DNA from: Chiloscyllium plagiosum | Lineage: Eukaryota | Direction: 5' to 3' | Length of the DNA: 61,627 nt | Assembly (NCBI RefSeq): GCF_004010195.1 | Contig: NC_057719.1 | Coordinates: forward strand, 7,479,372 to 7,540,998 | Shown here: positions 37,300 to 49,647 of the stretch, piece after piece | How the letters are laid out: each line of letters opens with the position of its first letter | How positions within the stretch are numbered: the first letter of the stretch is position 1 | The notes under the pieces: model-generated | What the model saw: only the letters and a program-made list of their open reading frames with translations | Databases searched by the model: none | Told to the model about the DNA's origin: nothing | Translations under genes and position numbers: made by a program

Positions 37300-38372
37300 A
37301 AAACATGAACAAAGGAGCTAAATTCCAGACGTGAGATGAGAGTCCTTAACGTTAAAGCTGCATTTGACCCGAGTGCGGCATCAAGGACCCCTAGCAAAAC
37401 TGGAATACATGTGTATTGGGGCAAATTATCCTCTCTGATTTTGGTTATTGGAGGTCAGTCATCTCAGCTCCACGACATCTCTGCAGAAGTTCCTCAGGAT
37501 AGTGTCCAAGGCGCAATCATCTTCAGCTGCTTTATCAATCAATCCATCATAAGGTCAGGAGTGGGGATGTTCACTGATGATTACAAAATGTGCAGCACTC
37601 CTCAGATACTGATCCATGTTCAAATGCAACAAGATCTAGACAACAATATCTACTTTGAATTAGCAAGTGGCAAATAACATTTGTCTCACACAAATGCCAG
37701 GTAATGACCATCTCCAATAAAAGACAGTCTAATTACTGTCCCTTGACATTCAATGGTGTTACCATTGACCCACTATCAACATCCTTAGTGTTACCATTGA
37801 CCAGAAACTTAACTGGACTCACCACATAAACACAGTGGCTCCAAGAGCAAGTCAGAGGCTAGGAATAACTCACTTCCTGACTTCCCTAAGCCTATGCATC
37901 ATCTACAAGTCACAAGTCAAGAGTGTGATGGCATACACCCCACTTGACTATATGGTTGCAACTCCAACGATATTCAAGAAGTTTGATGTCAACCAGGGCA
38001 AAGCATCCCAAATGACTGGCATTGCATCCACAAGCATCTATTCCCTCCATCATCGATGCTCAGTAATATTGTGTATAATTACAAGATACCAAAGTTCCTT
38101 AGCATCTTCTAAACTCACCATCACTTCCATCTAGAAGCACAACAGCAGCAGATGCATGGGAACACCATCAGCTGCAAGTTTATATCGCTGTTCCTTCGCT
38201 GTTGTTGGGTCGAAGTCTGGGAATTCCCTTCCCAAAGGCATTGTGGGTCAACCTACAGCACATACATTTGCAGCGGTTTAAAAAGGTAGCTCACCGCCTC
38301 ATTCTCAAGGGCACCTAGGGATGAGTAATAAATGCCAGCCAGTGACATCCACATCCCACAAGTTAATAAAAA
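37300..38372 (+). mobile_element. Non-LTR retrotransposon 3' fragment of a second CR1/L2-group family
   Basis: NVKAAFD, EVPQDSVQGAIIFSCFIN, FTDD, IYKSQVKSVMAY; 3' end gggatgagtaataaatgccagcc. Related pieces at 46560-46955 and 48540-48700. Confidence 0.78.
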
Positions 38373-39152
38373 TAACTATCCTCTTGACTATCAACTACAC
38401 ATCCAATTTTTGTCTAATGTGCAAATTTTCCAATTATACCTCAACATTTAAATCCAAATTATTAATATGTGCAACAGCCAGCAAGGGACCCAACACTGAA
38501 CCCTGTAGACAGTCACTGGAGGACATTTTCCATTCTGCCTATTTTGTTTTCTTTATTATCACCCTTGAGTCATAAAATTAGTATTTAACTAATGAAACCA
38601 TAATGCAAATGCAAATTGTGTTGCTGCTTCACGTAAGTCGAGGATAATATTTTTGGAATTTGGAAAGAGGGAATTTTTTTAGACTGGAGTACCACAGTGA
38701 AACAAGTTTAAAAGGTACAGAGTGAAGAGCATTTCTATTTGAGAAAACCAACAATCAAATCCATTCTGAAAGAAGTGCCTGCATTTTTTTGCTGAACCTT
38801 TATTCTATTTCATCCTATATGATAAAGCCCAAAGCTGCTAATCATTGTGAATGAAATGCCTTTTCTATAAAATGTTTCATGAAGTAGTCGAATCTATTCA
38901 GTTAAAGAAAGGAGCCCTTCACCTAAGCTGCTCTACCTAGACTCTTTCCGGACATTTTTCAAATTAAATTTGAAATCCCTCTCAACTTGGGGGAATCTTA
39001 TGATTTACCTGATTTTGTTTTAAAATTTTACTTTTTCTCATCTTACATTGAACATTTTATTTCAAACGTAGAACTCCCTGGATCTTGGTTCCTCCAAATC
39101 TGGCCACTTGTCAATCCACAAATTCCTTTGCTCTGCCATTCATAAGTATGCC

Positions 39153-39368
39153 AGGGATCGGTTTAGCTCAGTTGGCTAGATTGTTGGTGTGTACAGCCAA
39201 CAGTGTGGGTTCAATTCCCATCACTGCTTTGAGGTTACCATGAAGGACTCTCCTTCTCAACTTCTTTCTTCACCTGAGGTCTGGTTGCCCTCAGGTTAAA
39301 TCACCACCAGATACATCTTTCTGTAATGAGAGAGCAGCCCCCTATGGTCTGGTGAGATGATGGTGACT
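39153..39368 (+). mobile_element. tRNA-derived SINE of a family distinct from HE1
   Basis: A box tagctcagttgg and B box ggttcaattcc, followed by a non-tRNA body; does not form a complete cloverleaf. Confidence 0.72.
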
Positions 39369-40026
39369 CAGTAAGTATGTCTTTTGACCATCTAGGCCCT
39401 AAACTCTGAAATTCCCTCCTGAAACCCACTAGCCCTCTATCTTACTTCTTCCTGTCTGTTTTTAAGCTACTCCTTAATAACCAGCTTTGCCATTAGGATT
39501 TAACATCTCTTTGCCTGTCCGGGTTTGAAATTTTGCCAGTTCACATTCCCTTGAAGCACCTGGCGATATTTACTACATTAAAAAGCGTGATATAAATACG
39601 AGTTTTTGTTTGATCACATTAGTTTTTTCAATCTTAAAAATACCAAAGTTAGGCTGTCCAATAGAATATGTGCACTGAGACATTTGCACTTTTACCTGCT
39701 TGAAGTGTTTCATGTTGTAGCTTTCACATAATATGGTATTTGTTTATATTTTTAAATAAATATTTGGATATTCTAGCATTTAGTTTGGGCTGCAGCATGC
39801 ATGCTTCACTCTGAACAGCTTTTTCTTTAGTAGATAATGCAATCAAAGCAACCTTTGTTAGAAGGTCATCAGCAAACTGAAGGTCTTGTGTTCAGAAAGA
39901 CAAAATATTCACCATCTTTGATTTGTGTTATATTCAGTATACATAAAAGGTAATGTGTATACTTCTGGGATTATGGTGTTTGTGAAATGCCAACACTTTT
40001 ATTAAAGAGCAAAGATCAATTGTTTA

Positions 40027-40201
40027 TTTAGATTACTTACAGTATGGAAACAGGCCCTTTGGCCCAACAAGTCCACACTGACCCGCCGAAGAGCAACCCA
40101 CCCAGACCCATTCCCCTACATTTACCCCTTCACCTAACACTATGGGCAATTTAGCATAGCCAATTCACTTAATCTGCACATTTTTGGACTGTGGGAGGAA
40201 A
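40027..40201 (-). mobile_element. HE1-like SINE, 3' half
   Basis: Close match to 31998-32167. Confidence 0.85.
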
Positions 40202-40619
40202 CAAAAGAATTGTTCATTCAACCATCAGACTATTTCTGACAGAAATCAGATACAATCTTAAATAATAATAACAGCAAATGCTGAAAACACTCAGTAAGTT
40301 TCGCAGCATCTGTGGAGAAGGAAACAGAGCTAACATTTCAGGTCAGTGAGCTATCAGTTTTACCTCATCACTGAATACAGGTTAGTACTGAACCAGCTAA
40401 TAATAATCAAAAACCATCTGTGGTGAATTGTTTCAGAAATTAGTTCAGGTTCAGAAGCATTAAAGGTGAAGTGTTGCATCCTAAATGGAGAAAAACCTGA
40501 TGTTATCTGGGACTCCATTCAAAGACCAGCATTCATATCACATTTCCTATTAATTGAAACATATACTTGTGTGCTAAATATCTATTACTTGAGACCAAAC
40601 AATGAACTCTTGTTGGAAG

Positions 40620-41273
40620 ATAGAATCATAAAATCTCTACCATTCAGATAGAAACCATTTGGCCCAACAAGTCTGCACCGACCCTCCAAAGACCATCCCA
40701 CCCAGACCCACACCCTATCCCCATAACCCCACATTTTCCATAGCTAACTCACCTAGACTGCATACCCCTGGATACTACGGGGCAATTTAATTTGGCCAAT
40801 CCACCTAACCTGCACATCTTTGACTGTGGGAGGAAACTGGTGGAAACCCATAAAGAAATAGCGGCACGGTGGCTCAGTGGTTAGCATTGCTGTCTCACAG
40901 CAACAGGGTCCCAGGTTCAATTCCAGTCTCGGGTGATTGTGTGGAATTTGCACATTCTCCCTGTGTCTGTGTGGGTTTCCTCCGGGTGCTCCGGTTTCCT
41001 CCCACAATCCAAAGATGTGCAGGCCAGGTGAATTGGCTATGCTAAATTGTCCATAGTGTTAGATGCATTAGTCAGAGGGAAATAGCTCTGGGTGGGTTAC
41101 TCTTCGGAGGGTCAGTGTGGACTTGTTGGGCCAACGGGCCTGCTTCCACACTGTAGGGAATCTTAAAAAAAAACAGGAAGAGCATGCAAACTCCACACAG
41201 ACAGTCGCCCACAGCTGGATTCAAGCCTGAGTGCCTAGCACTATGAGGTAGCTGTCCTATCACTGTGCCACCA
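40620..41273. mobile_element. Nested HE1-like SINEs: plus copy (40861-41165) inside a minus copy
   Basis: The minus copy breaks at ggaaaccca (about 40850) and resumes at tgcaaactccacacagacagtcgccc (about 41185); a full plus copy lies between. Confidence 0.82.
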
Positions 41274-41601
41274 TAGTTAAAACAAAAGCTTAAAATTATA
41301 CAATTTATTTACTGTGTACTTTCCGAAAGCCCAAGCTTGTTGTAGTCACTGGAGACCGGCAGCTGCTTGAATTGTGTACATGCAGTATGTCAGTACAAAA
41401 GCCAAGCAGTTCTCTTCAGGAACCTCCATTCATCAGTCAGTGATTAAAAAGCCTCAAGTGGAAAATGAAACTGTGGAATCTTTTGAAATGTTTTGTCAAA
41501 GAGACTGGCAGGAGGGTGGTAACTATTGGCAATGGTATCTTCCATCTCACAAAGCAAAGGCTGAGACTGTGGTGCTCAACTCATCTATGTATTAAGCATC
41601 A

Positions 41602-41706
41602 ACTAGGAGAATCAGAGTCGATAGTGTGGTGCTGGAAAAGCTCAGCAGGTCAGGCAGCATTCGAGGAGCAGGAGAGTCATTTCCAGCACCCCACTTATCG
41701 ACTATA
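41602..41706. mobile_element. Fold-back mini-element from a PLE terminus, no hammerhead core
   Basis: 12-bp TSD tattaagcatca (41590-41601, 41707-41718); inverted arms agtcgatagtgtggtgctggaaa / tttccagcaccccacttatcgact. Confidence 0.78.
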
Positions 41707-42024
41707 TATTAAGCATCACCTGGCGTGGCATGGCTGCTCTACTTTGTAGAAGATGGTCGGCTGACAAGGTGTAGAATTTTCTGGCCTTTGTTTTCTCTGG
41801 GCATTCTCTTGATTAGCTGAGCTTTTAGTTTCTGATAAATGTGAAAACCAATAATTGCCAAAAGAACCAGAGAGAAGATGAGATTTTCCTTTTCAGTAGC
41901 AACTTCTGATCTTGTATGAACTGTATGAAAGAAGATTCAATAGTAACTTTCATGAGGGAATTTTGAAAAATGTTCATAGCTAGCAATGGATTGTAGGTTC
42001 CAAGATGCAGGAGGATCGATGTTT

Positions 42025-43470
42025 GGTGAAATGTGTTGGTGAAGTTGATGAATTGTTCAATCTCCTCATGGGAGTATGAGGTGGTGTCGATGCAGTCATC
42101 AATGTCATGGAGGAAGAGGCGGGAAGTGGTGCCGGTGTAACTCTGGAAGATGGACTGCTCTACGTAGCCGACAAAGAGACAGGCATAGCTGGGGCCCATG
42201 CGGGTGCCCATGACTGCCCCTTTTGTCCTGAGGAAGTGGGGGGATTGGAAGGAGAAATTGTTGTGGGTGAGGACCATTTCAGCCAAATGGATAAGAGTGT
42301 CAATGGAAGGGTACTGGTGGGGACGTCGGGAGAGGAAGAAACAGAGGGCTTGGAGGCCCTGGTCATGGCAGATGGCGGTGTAGAGGGACTGGATGTCCAT
42401 GGTGAAGTTGAGGCGTTGGGGGCTGGTGAAACGGAAGCCTTGGAGCAGGTGGATGGTGTGGGTAGTGTCCCGAACGTATGTGGGAAGTTCCTGGATGAAG
42501 GGATATAGGACAGTATTGAGGGAAGTGGAGATGAGTTCGGTGGGGCAGAAGCAGGCTTAGACAATGGGTTGGCTGGGGTAGTCAGACTCTTGGATCTAGG
42601 GTAGGAGATAGAATCGGGCAGTGCAGGGTTCCTAAACTATGAGGTTGGAAACTGTGGTGGGAAATCCCCTGAGGTGATGAGGTTGTGTATGGTCTGGGAG
42701 ATGATGGTTTGGTGATGGGGGGGTGAGGTCATGGTCAAAGGGGTGATAGGAGGAGGTGACATTGAGTTGGCACCAGGCTTCAGCAGTGTAGAGGTCTGTG
42801 CACCAAACTATCACTGTACCCCCTTTATCCGCTGGTTTGATGGTGAGGTTGGGATTGGAGCAGAGGGAGTGGAGGGCTGTGCGTTGTGAGAGCAAGAGGT
42901 TGGAGTTGGGGGTGTGTGTGGACAGGTTGAGGCAGTTGATGTCACGGTGGCAGTTGGAAATGAAGAGGTCAAGGGCAGGTAGCAGACCAGCACGGGATGC
43001 CAGGGTGGATGGGGTGTGTTGGAGGTGGGAGAAGGGGTCCTCAGTGGGAGGGCAGGAGTCTTGGTTGTAAAAGTAGGCATGGAGGCGGAGGCGGCGGAAG
43101 AAACGTTCAAGGTCGCAGCGTGTGTCGAACTCATTAATCTGGGACCATAGAGGGATAAAGGTGAGGCCTTCATTTTGGACTAAACGTTAGTCCTCAGTGA
43201 GGGGAGGTCTGGGGGAATGGTGAAGACATGGCAGGGATGGGAGCGAGGACCTGGAGTGGGGCTAGAGTTGGAGGTGGGATGGGGGCTAGGACCTGGCGTG
43301 GGGCTGGAGTTCGCAATGGGGGCGGAGACAGTGGCTTGAGTGGGCGTGGTTTAGGGTCAATAGTGATGTCACCAAAGGAGGGGCTTACAAAGGGGACAAC
43401 AGTGGTGCTTATGGTTAAGTTAATGGGAGCGGACGTGACATCATGGGTGGGGAGGGTAACGTTACTGTTG
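42025..43470 (-). mobile_element. Penelope-like element 5' part (N-terminal region and RT), inverted
   Basis: TIKPADKGGTVIVW, MDIQSLYTAI, GAVMGTRMGPSYACLFVG, FLHDIDD. Confidence 0.9.
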
Positions 43471-43487
43471 GGTACTCGAGGCTCCAG

Positions 43488-44870
43488 TCCCCATCTCTTC
43501 CTCTGCTACATTGATGACCAAATCAACGCCACCTCGTGCTCCCATGAGTAGGTTGAACAGTTCATCAACTTCACCAACGCATTCCACCCCCGCCTTAAAT
43601 TCACTGGACCATCTCTGACACCTCCCTCCCCTCCCCTTGACCTCTCCATCTCCATCCAAGAGAACCGACTCAGCACTGACATTTTTTACAAACCCACCGA
43701 CTCCCACATCTACCTGGATTACACCTCCTCCCACCATACCTCCTGCAAAAATGCCATCCCGTATTCCCAATTCCTCTGCCTCTGCCGCATCTGCTCAGGG
43801 GAGGACCAGTTCGCACCAGATGGCCTCCTACTTTAAAGACCGAAATTCCCCCTCCCATGTGGTTGAAGATGCCCTCCAATGCATCTCATCCACATCCCAC
43901 ACCTCCGCCCTCGAACCCCACCCCTCTAACTGCAACAAGGACAGAACTCCCCTGGTCCTCACCTTCCACCCCACCAACCTCTGCATAAATCGCATCATCT
44001 GCCAACATTTCCGTCACCTACAAATGGACCCCACCACCAGGGATAAATTTCCCTCCCCATCCCTATCCACTTTCCACAAAGACCGTTCCCTCCGTGACTC
44101 CCCCATTCAGGTCCACGCCCCCTAATCTCCTCTCCTGGCAACTTCCCCTGCAACCAAGGAATTGTAAAACCTGCGCCCACAACACTCCCTTACCTCTGTC
44201 CAAGGCCCCAAAGGAGCCTTCCACATCCATCAAAGTTTCACCTGCACTTCCACACATGTCATTTATTGTATCCGTTGCTCCCGATGCGGTCTCCTCTATA
44301 TTGGGGAGACTGGATGCCTTCTCACAGAGCGCTTCAGGGAACATCTCTGGGACACCCACACCAATCAACCCCACCGACCCGTGGCCAAACATTTCAATGC
44401 CCCCTCCAACTCTGCCAAGGACATGCAGGTCCTGGGCCTCCTCCATCGCCACTCCCTCACCACCCGACGTCTGGAAGAAGAACACCTTATCTTCCACCTC
44501 GGGACCCTTCAACTCTAGGGCATCAATGTGGACTTCACCAGTTTCCTCATTTCCCCTCCCCCCACCTTATCCCAGTTCCAACCTTCCAGCTCAGCACCGC
44601 CCTCATGACCTGTCCCACCCGTCAATCTTCCTTCCCACCTATCCACTTAATCCTCCCCTCTGACCTATCACCTTTACCCCCACCTCCATCCACCTATTGC
44701 ATTCTCAGCTACCTTCTCCCCAGCCCCACCCCTTCCTATTTATCTCTCCACCCCCGAGGCTTCCAGCCTCATTCCCGATGAAGGGCCCCAGCCCAAAACG
44801 TCGATTTTCCTGCTTCTCGGATGCTGCCTGACCTGCTGTGCTTTTCCAGCACCACACTCTCAACTCTGAT
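43488..44870 (+). mobile_element. Penelope-like element 3' part (RT end, Cys-rich linker, GIY-YIG endonuclease, terminus; Neptune-like)
   Basis: FLCYIDD, DRTPLVLTFHP, NCKTC, VIYCIRCSRCGLLYIGETG (about 44260-44315); degenerate hammerhead at 44775-44802. Confidence 0.9.
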
Positions 44871-45180
44871 ATGGTCTAGCAAGCCCCTCAATCCCAGAGC
44901 AAATTATGGGTGGGAAGTTATTTCAGGCTTAGCAGTGATGCTCACATGCCTAAAAATAATTTTAAAAACCAACATCGTTAAAACAGGTTATTTAATTCCC
45001 CAGCTGACTGTTAGCTCTTTGTATGGGACCTTGCTGTATGAAGCTTGTCACCATGTTTCCTACATCACCATAATGACTGAAGTCACCTACTAGTACAGAA
45101 TGTACACTGCACTATTGTACTCATCAGGACAGATTCAGAAGGATACCACATTTCAAAGGAAACAGCAATTCCTGCAGCCT

Positions 45181-45311
45181 GAGGGACAGTGGGCTGATTG
45201 ATTGGTTGAGGGACAGTGGGCTGATTGATTGGTTGAGGGACAGTGTGCTGATTGGTTGAGGGACAGTAGGCTGATTGATTGGTTGAGGGACAGTGGGCTG
45301 ATTGATTGGTT
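45181..45311 (+). repeat. 27-bp minisatellite, 5 copies (third copy 23 bp)
   Basis: gagggacagtgggctgattgattggtt at 45181, 45208, 45235, 45258 and 45285. Confidence 0.95.
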
Positions 45312-45792
45312 GAAGGAACACAAAGGAACAGTTTTTGGTTAAATTGAAAACAAGTCGACTCTGATTGAGATGTGCCATCAGCCAAACCACAGGTTTCTGT
45401 TTAATTAAAAAAGTGCAAAACAAAAAAATTCAACAGTTAATCTTTTTTTCGACAGCAATATTTTAAATACAATTAATGAAGCTGGAATTGTTTTGAGACA
45501 TCTTGATGATCTGAAGAATAGCTGTGTAACAGTTTTATTTCTTTATTGTTGCCTGGTTAATTTTCTGTCTGAACCCGTCTACAGAACTGCAATGATAATT
45601 CTTCAAACCTATACTCTTTGTCCAAAGGCAATTTTTTATCAGCAACTCTTCATTTTTAACCTAAATGCCCCATTCAGCCTTGAAGCTATCTGCTATATTA
45701 ATATCTGTTGAAATCTGGAAGTGCCATTGTTCAAAATTGAGTTGTTTCACTCATCTTTCCTGGGAAGAAAGTGATTACAGGAGTAACAATGA

Positions 45793-46120
45793 CAGAGTTT
45801 AAGATTCTGAAGAAGGGCTCATGCCCGAAACGTCGATTCTCCTGCTCCTTGGATGCTGCCTGACCTGCTGCGCTTTTCCAGCAACACATTTTCAGAGTTT
45901 AAGATTAGCACAGCAGGTCAGGCAGCATCGAGGGAGCAGGAAAATCGACGTTTCGGACAAAAGTCTTTCATCAGGAGTGACCCCTGATGAAGGGCTTTTG
46001 CCTGAAACTCGATTTTCCTGCTCCCCGGATGCTGCCTGACCGGCTGTGCTTTTCCAACATCACACCCTTGACACTAATCTCCAGCATCTGCAGTCCTCAC
46101 ATTTGCCAGAGTTTAAGATT
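45793..46120. mobile_element. Compound PLE-terminus insertion with three hammerhead motifs and a triplicated 14-bp target
   Basis: cagagtttaagatt at 45793, 45893 and 46107; cores at 45807-45834 (+), 45947-45974 (-) and 45984-46010 (+). Confidence 0.88.
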
Positions 46121-47279
46121 AACTAACACAGCATTGACGAGCATCAAATCAGAACTGTACAGTTCAGAACCACACTCCATTCTTAAAATATGACTCAGCA
46201 GGTGGATTTATTTTTCTCTCAATTCTGTATTTGCAGAATGTTCACACTGGTTTATGTGCTGACTGGATAATTGTATAAAGCATGCATGTTTTTTGTGGAA
46301 TCATTCATTAGAACCTAGAGTCTGTTGCTTTGCTTATCCATATAATGTGCAGCATTTGTTTTCGTTGAGAGGATTAGAATGTATTGTTTTCCAGAAGATA
46401 TTACTTCATTATAACCTTGGTCCAAAAAGGGACATGAACTCCTGAGATAAGGTGAGTGTGACTGATCTTTACATCCATGTCGCATTTGGCCAAGGAATCC
46501 CTGTAAAACTGGAGCGAGTCTGCTGGTTGTAGTCATACCCCGATAAAATAAGATGGTTGTGGTTGTGGTTGTTGGAGATCATTCAGCTTAACACCAGGGT
46601 ATCTCTGCAGGGGTTCCTCACAGCCATCTTCAGCTGCTTCATCAATTTCTAAGCTTTCTTCCATCATGGGGTTGAGAAGTGGGGACGATCGCTGATGATT
46701 GCAACTATTCAGCACCATTTATTACTCCTTAGTTACTAAAGCAATCCATTTCCATATGCAGCAAAACCTGGACAACATCCAGGCTTGAGCTGATAATTGA
46801 CAAGTTACATTCCGACTATGCAAATGCCAGGCAATAATCATCTCCACCAACAGAGAATTGCCATTTGGCATTCAATAATACTACCGTTGCTGAATCCCCC
46901 ACTATTGACAACCTGAGGGTTTTCTCATTAACCAGAGGATAAACTGGACCAGCCAAATAAAGAACATAAGAGCTAGGAACAGGAATAGATCATTCAGGCC
47001 ATCATGTTTACTCCACCATTTAATACGATCACGGCTGATCTCATCTTGGCTTCAACTCCACTTTCCTGCCCACTCTCCATTACCTTTCAACCCCTTACTG
47101 TTTAAAAATCTGTCTATTTCCTCTTTAAATTTACTCAATGTCCCAGCACCCACTGCAGTCTCAGGCAGTGAATTCCACAGATTCACAATACTTTTAGAAG
47201 TAATTCCTCTTTATCTCTGTTTGAAACCTGCTACCCTTTAACCTAAAACAATGACCGATATAAGTTCCATAACAAATGG

Positions 47280-48517
47280 AAACAGAGTTAACGTTTTGAG
47301 TCAAGTGACCTTTCTTCAGGGATCTGAAAACATATTTGTGCTGATGATGGGGAATGAGAAGGAAAATGAGTGAGTAGATAGATGATGATGAAGCCTAGAG
47401 ATAGATAAATAGAGAGGGAGAGAGAGATAGAGAGTAGGAGAGAGAGAGAAAGAAAAAAGGGCAGGCAGACAAAGGGATTGTTGATAGTAATCCAGGGAAG
47501 AAGAAGAAAAGGTGGATAGATGATCATGGGGGCTATGAGCAATTGAAAGTGAGTTGGTTGTACTGAAAGCAGCCCGTTTCATGACATGACTTAGGATTGT
47601 GAGTTGTGTAATAAACAAGGAAAGAGGTTTTCATGCGCTGAAATTGTTAAACTTGACATTAAGTGCTGAACGCTGTAATGTACCTACACAGAAGACGAGG
47701 GGTTGTTCTTCCAGCTTACATTGAGCTTTGTTGGAGCACTGCAGCAGGTCTGAGGCAGAAATATTGGTCAGGGAGCAGGGTGCATTGGAGTGGCAGGTAA
47801 CTGGAAGCTCAGGGTCATTATTACAGACAGAACATAGGCTTTCTGCAAAGTGGTTACCCAGTCTGTGCTTTGTGTCCCCAGTGTAGCAGAGTCCACATTG
47901 TGAGCAGTGAATACAGTGGACTAGATTGAGTGAAGTGCAGATATGTCGCGGCTTCACCACGAAGGTAGGTCTGGCCTTCGAGAATTGAAGAGGGAGGAAG
48001 TAATTAGGTAGGGGCTACACCTTCTGCAATTACACAGCAAGGTGCCATGGAGCTGCGGGAAGTTCTTGGGAATCGAGAAGAAGTGGTCCAGGGTGTTTCA
48101 GGGGTCACTGTGGAAGGCCGACAAGGGAGGGGAGGGGAATATGTGTCTGTTGGTGGCATCTAGCAGGAAGTGGAAAATGGCAGTTCATCATCATTTGGAT
48201 GTGAATGCTGGTGGGGTGGTGGACCAGGGGGACCTGTTGATGTTATGGGAGGGAAGAGGAAGGGTGAGGACTGAAGAGTGGGAAATGTGTCAGACGCGGC
48301 TGAGGGCCCATGTGGGGAATCCTCAGTTGAGGAAAAAGACATATCTGAGCCCCCACCTTTTGCGGAAAGGTGGTATCATCAGGAACAGATACAACAGATA
48401 TGGAAAAACTGGGAAAATGGAATGGAGTCCTTGCAGAAAGCTGAACGTGAGGATCTATAATCTAGTTAACTGTGGGAGTTGGGTTTGTAATGGATATTGG
48501 TGGACAGCCTATCCCAG
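47280..48517 (-). mobile_element. Penelope-like element 3' fragment with GIY-YIG domain
   Basis: ORF 47631-47960 CTSLNLVHCIHCSQCGLCYTGDTKHRLGNHFAE; terminus with degenerate hammerhead at 47290-47319. Confidence 0.85.
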
Positions 48518-49428
48518 AAATACTTTGTCTGTAAGAATGGATCAGAGAGAATTCTGTGTACCATTTCCCATCACACACCGTCCTGACTTAGAAGTATATC
48601 ACTGTTCCTTCACGGTCACTGAGTCAAAATCCATGACCTTCCTTCTTAACAGCACTTTTGTACCCTACACTTTAAGGGCCACAGCAGGTCAAGAAGACAA
48701 CTCTGCAGTGATTTTTATAAGGCTAGTCGACTCAGCCTCATAGAATATGAGTTCCCTGACTGGGGCTGTGAATCTGGTCCAATCAAGGAGCCCTGGCTGA
48801 CAGATTTAAAAAAGGAGCATCAGATGTTGTGGCAGTCTGAGAGCTGGCTCTGAACAGGCAGTACTAAAGTCAAGGACTATTCATATGTAAATGAAGAGTG
48901 ACTAGGCGAAGGGATACCAGCCTCTATGGAGTTATTTCAGTGGTGACAAGAGTAAAGCACACTTCTGAAGAAACTCACTCCCAACAGTCTTTGAGTTGGG
49001 GTCAGCATTTCTTACACCATGTTTGACTTGTTCAGTTCTGCTGTCAAGGATTTGGACCAGTACGTGGAAAAAAAGCATTATTTTTTCCGGACAAATGACA
49101 TTGTAGCACTCAAAAAGCAATGAGTACTTTTCCTGACAACCTGTGGACCCACAGCTTTTTCTGTAATTAGGAACCTAACTTTCCCTGAGGCACCAGATAT
49201 TAAAACTTTTCAAGAATTGACGGACATGGTTAGGAATATTATGACCCTCAAGCACTCTCTAATTCTGAGAGTCTATTGGTTTTACTTGACAATTCAAGAT
49301 CCATACTGGGATTTTTTATTAGGTTAAAATGACTGGCAGAAGCATGTGACTTTGATTTAACCCTTAGTGAGAAGCTGAGAGACCTTTTGGTATGAGAGAT
49401 TCACGCTGTAATTATACAAAAACACCTA

Positions 49429-49647
49429 CAGTCAGTTCTGATATGATGTGATGGTTCCATTCTCGTGTGATCTTTTGTTATAAGTAAGTCGCTAAACAGC
49501 CACATCATTTAAACCAATGGGGCCTGAATCATGTTATAGCCAATACAGGTAAGAAACGTTCGCATTCTACACATAATGGTCTAAATTCTTCAATCATGTT
49601 AAAGCCAATTCGTGTTGAAGAATTGCTTGTTATAGCAGAACTGACTG
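49429..49647. mobile_element. Tc1/mariner-type MITE nested in Gypsy gag
   Basis: TIRs cagtcagttctg / cagaactgactg with TA flanks; TIR related to 30969-31183. Confidence 0.85.

Noticed and set aside
39153..39225. tRNA gene
   Set aside because: A and B boxes are present but there is no acceptor or anticodon stem; it continues into a SINE body.
42107..44781. Many overlapping 100-190 aa ORFs as novel genes
   Set aside because: They are alternative-frame or antisense readings of a C/G-skewed Penelope element.
48042..48743. 233-aa ORF
   Set aside because: It is antisense to a decayed PLE and runs through a LINE tail into the Gypsy LTR, so it is a chance chimera.
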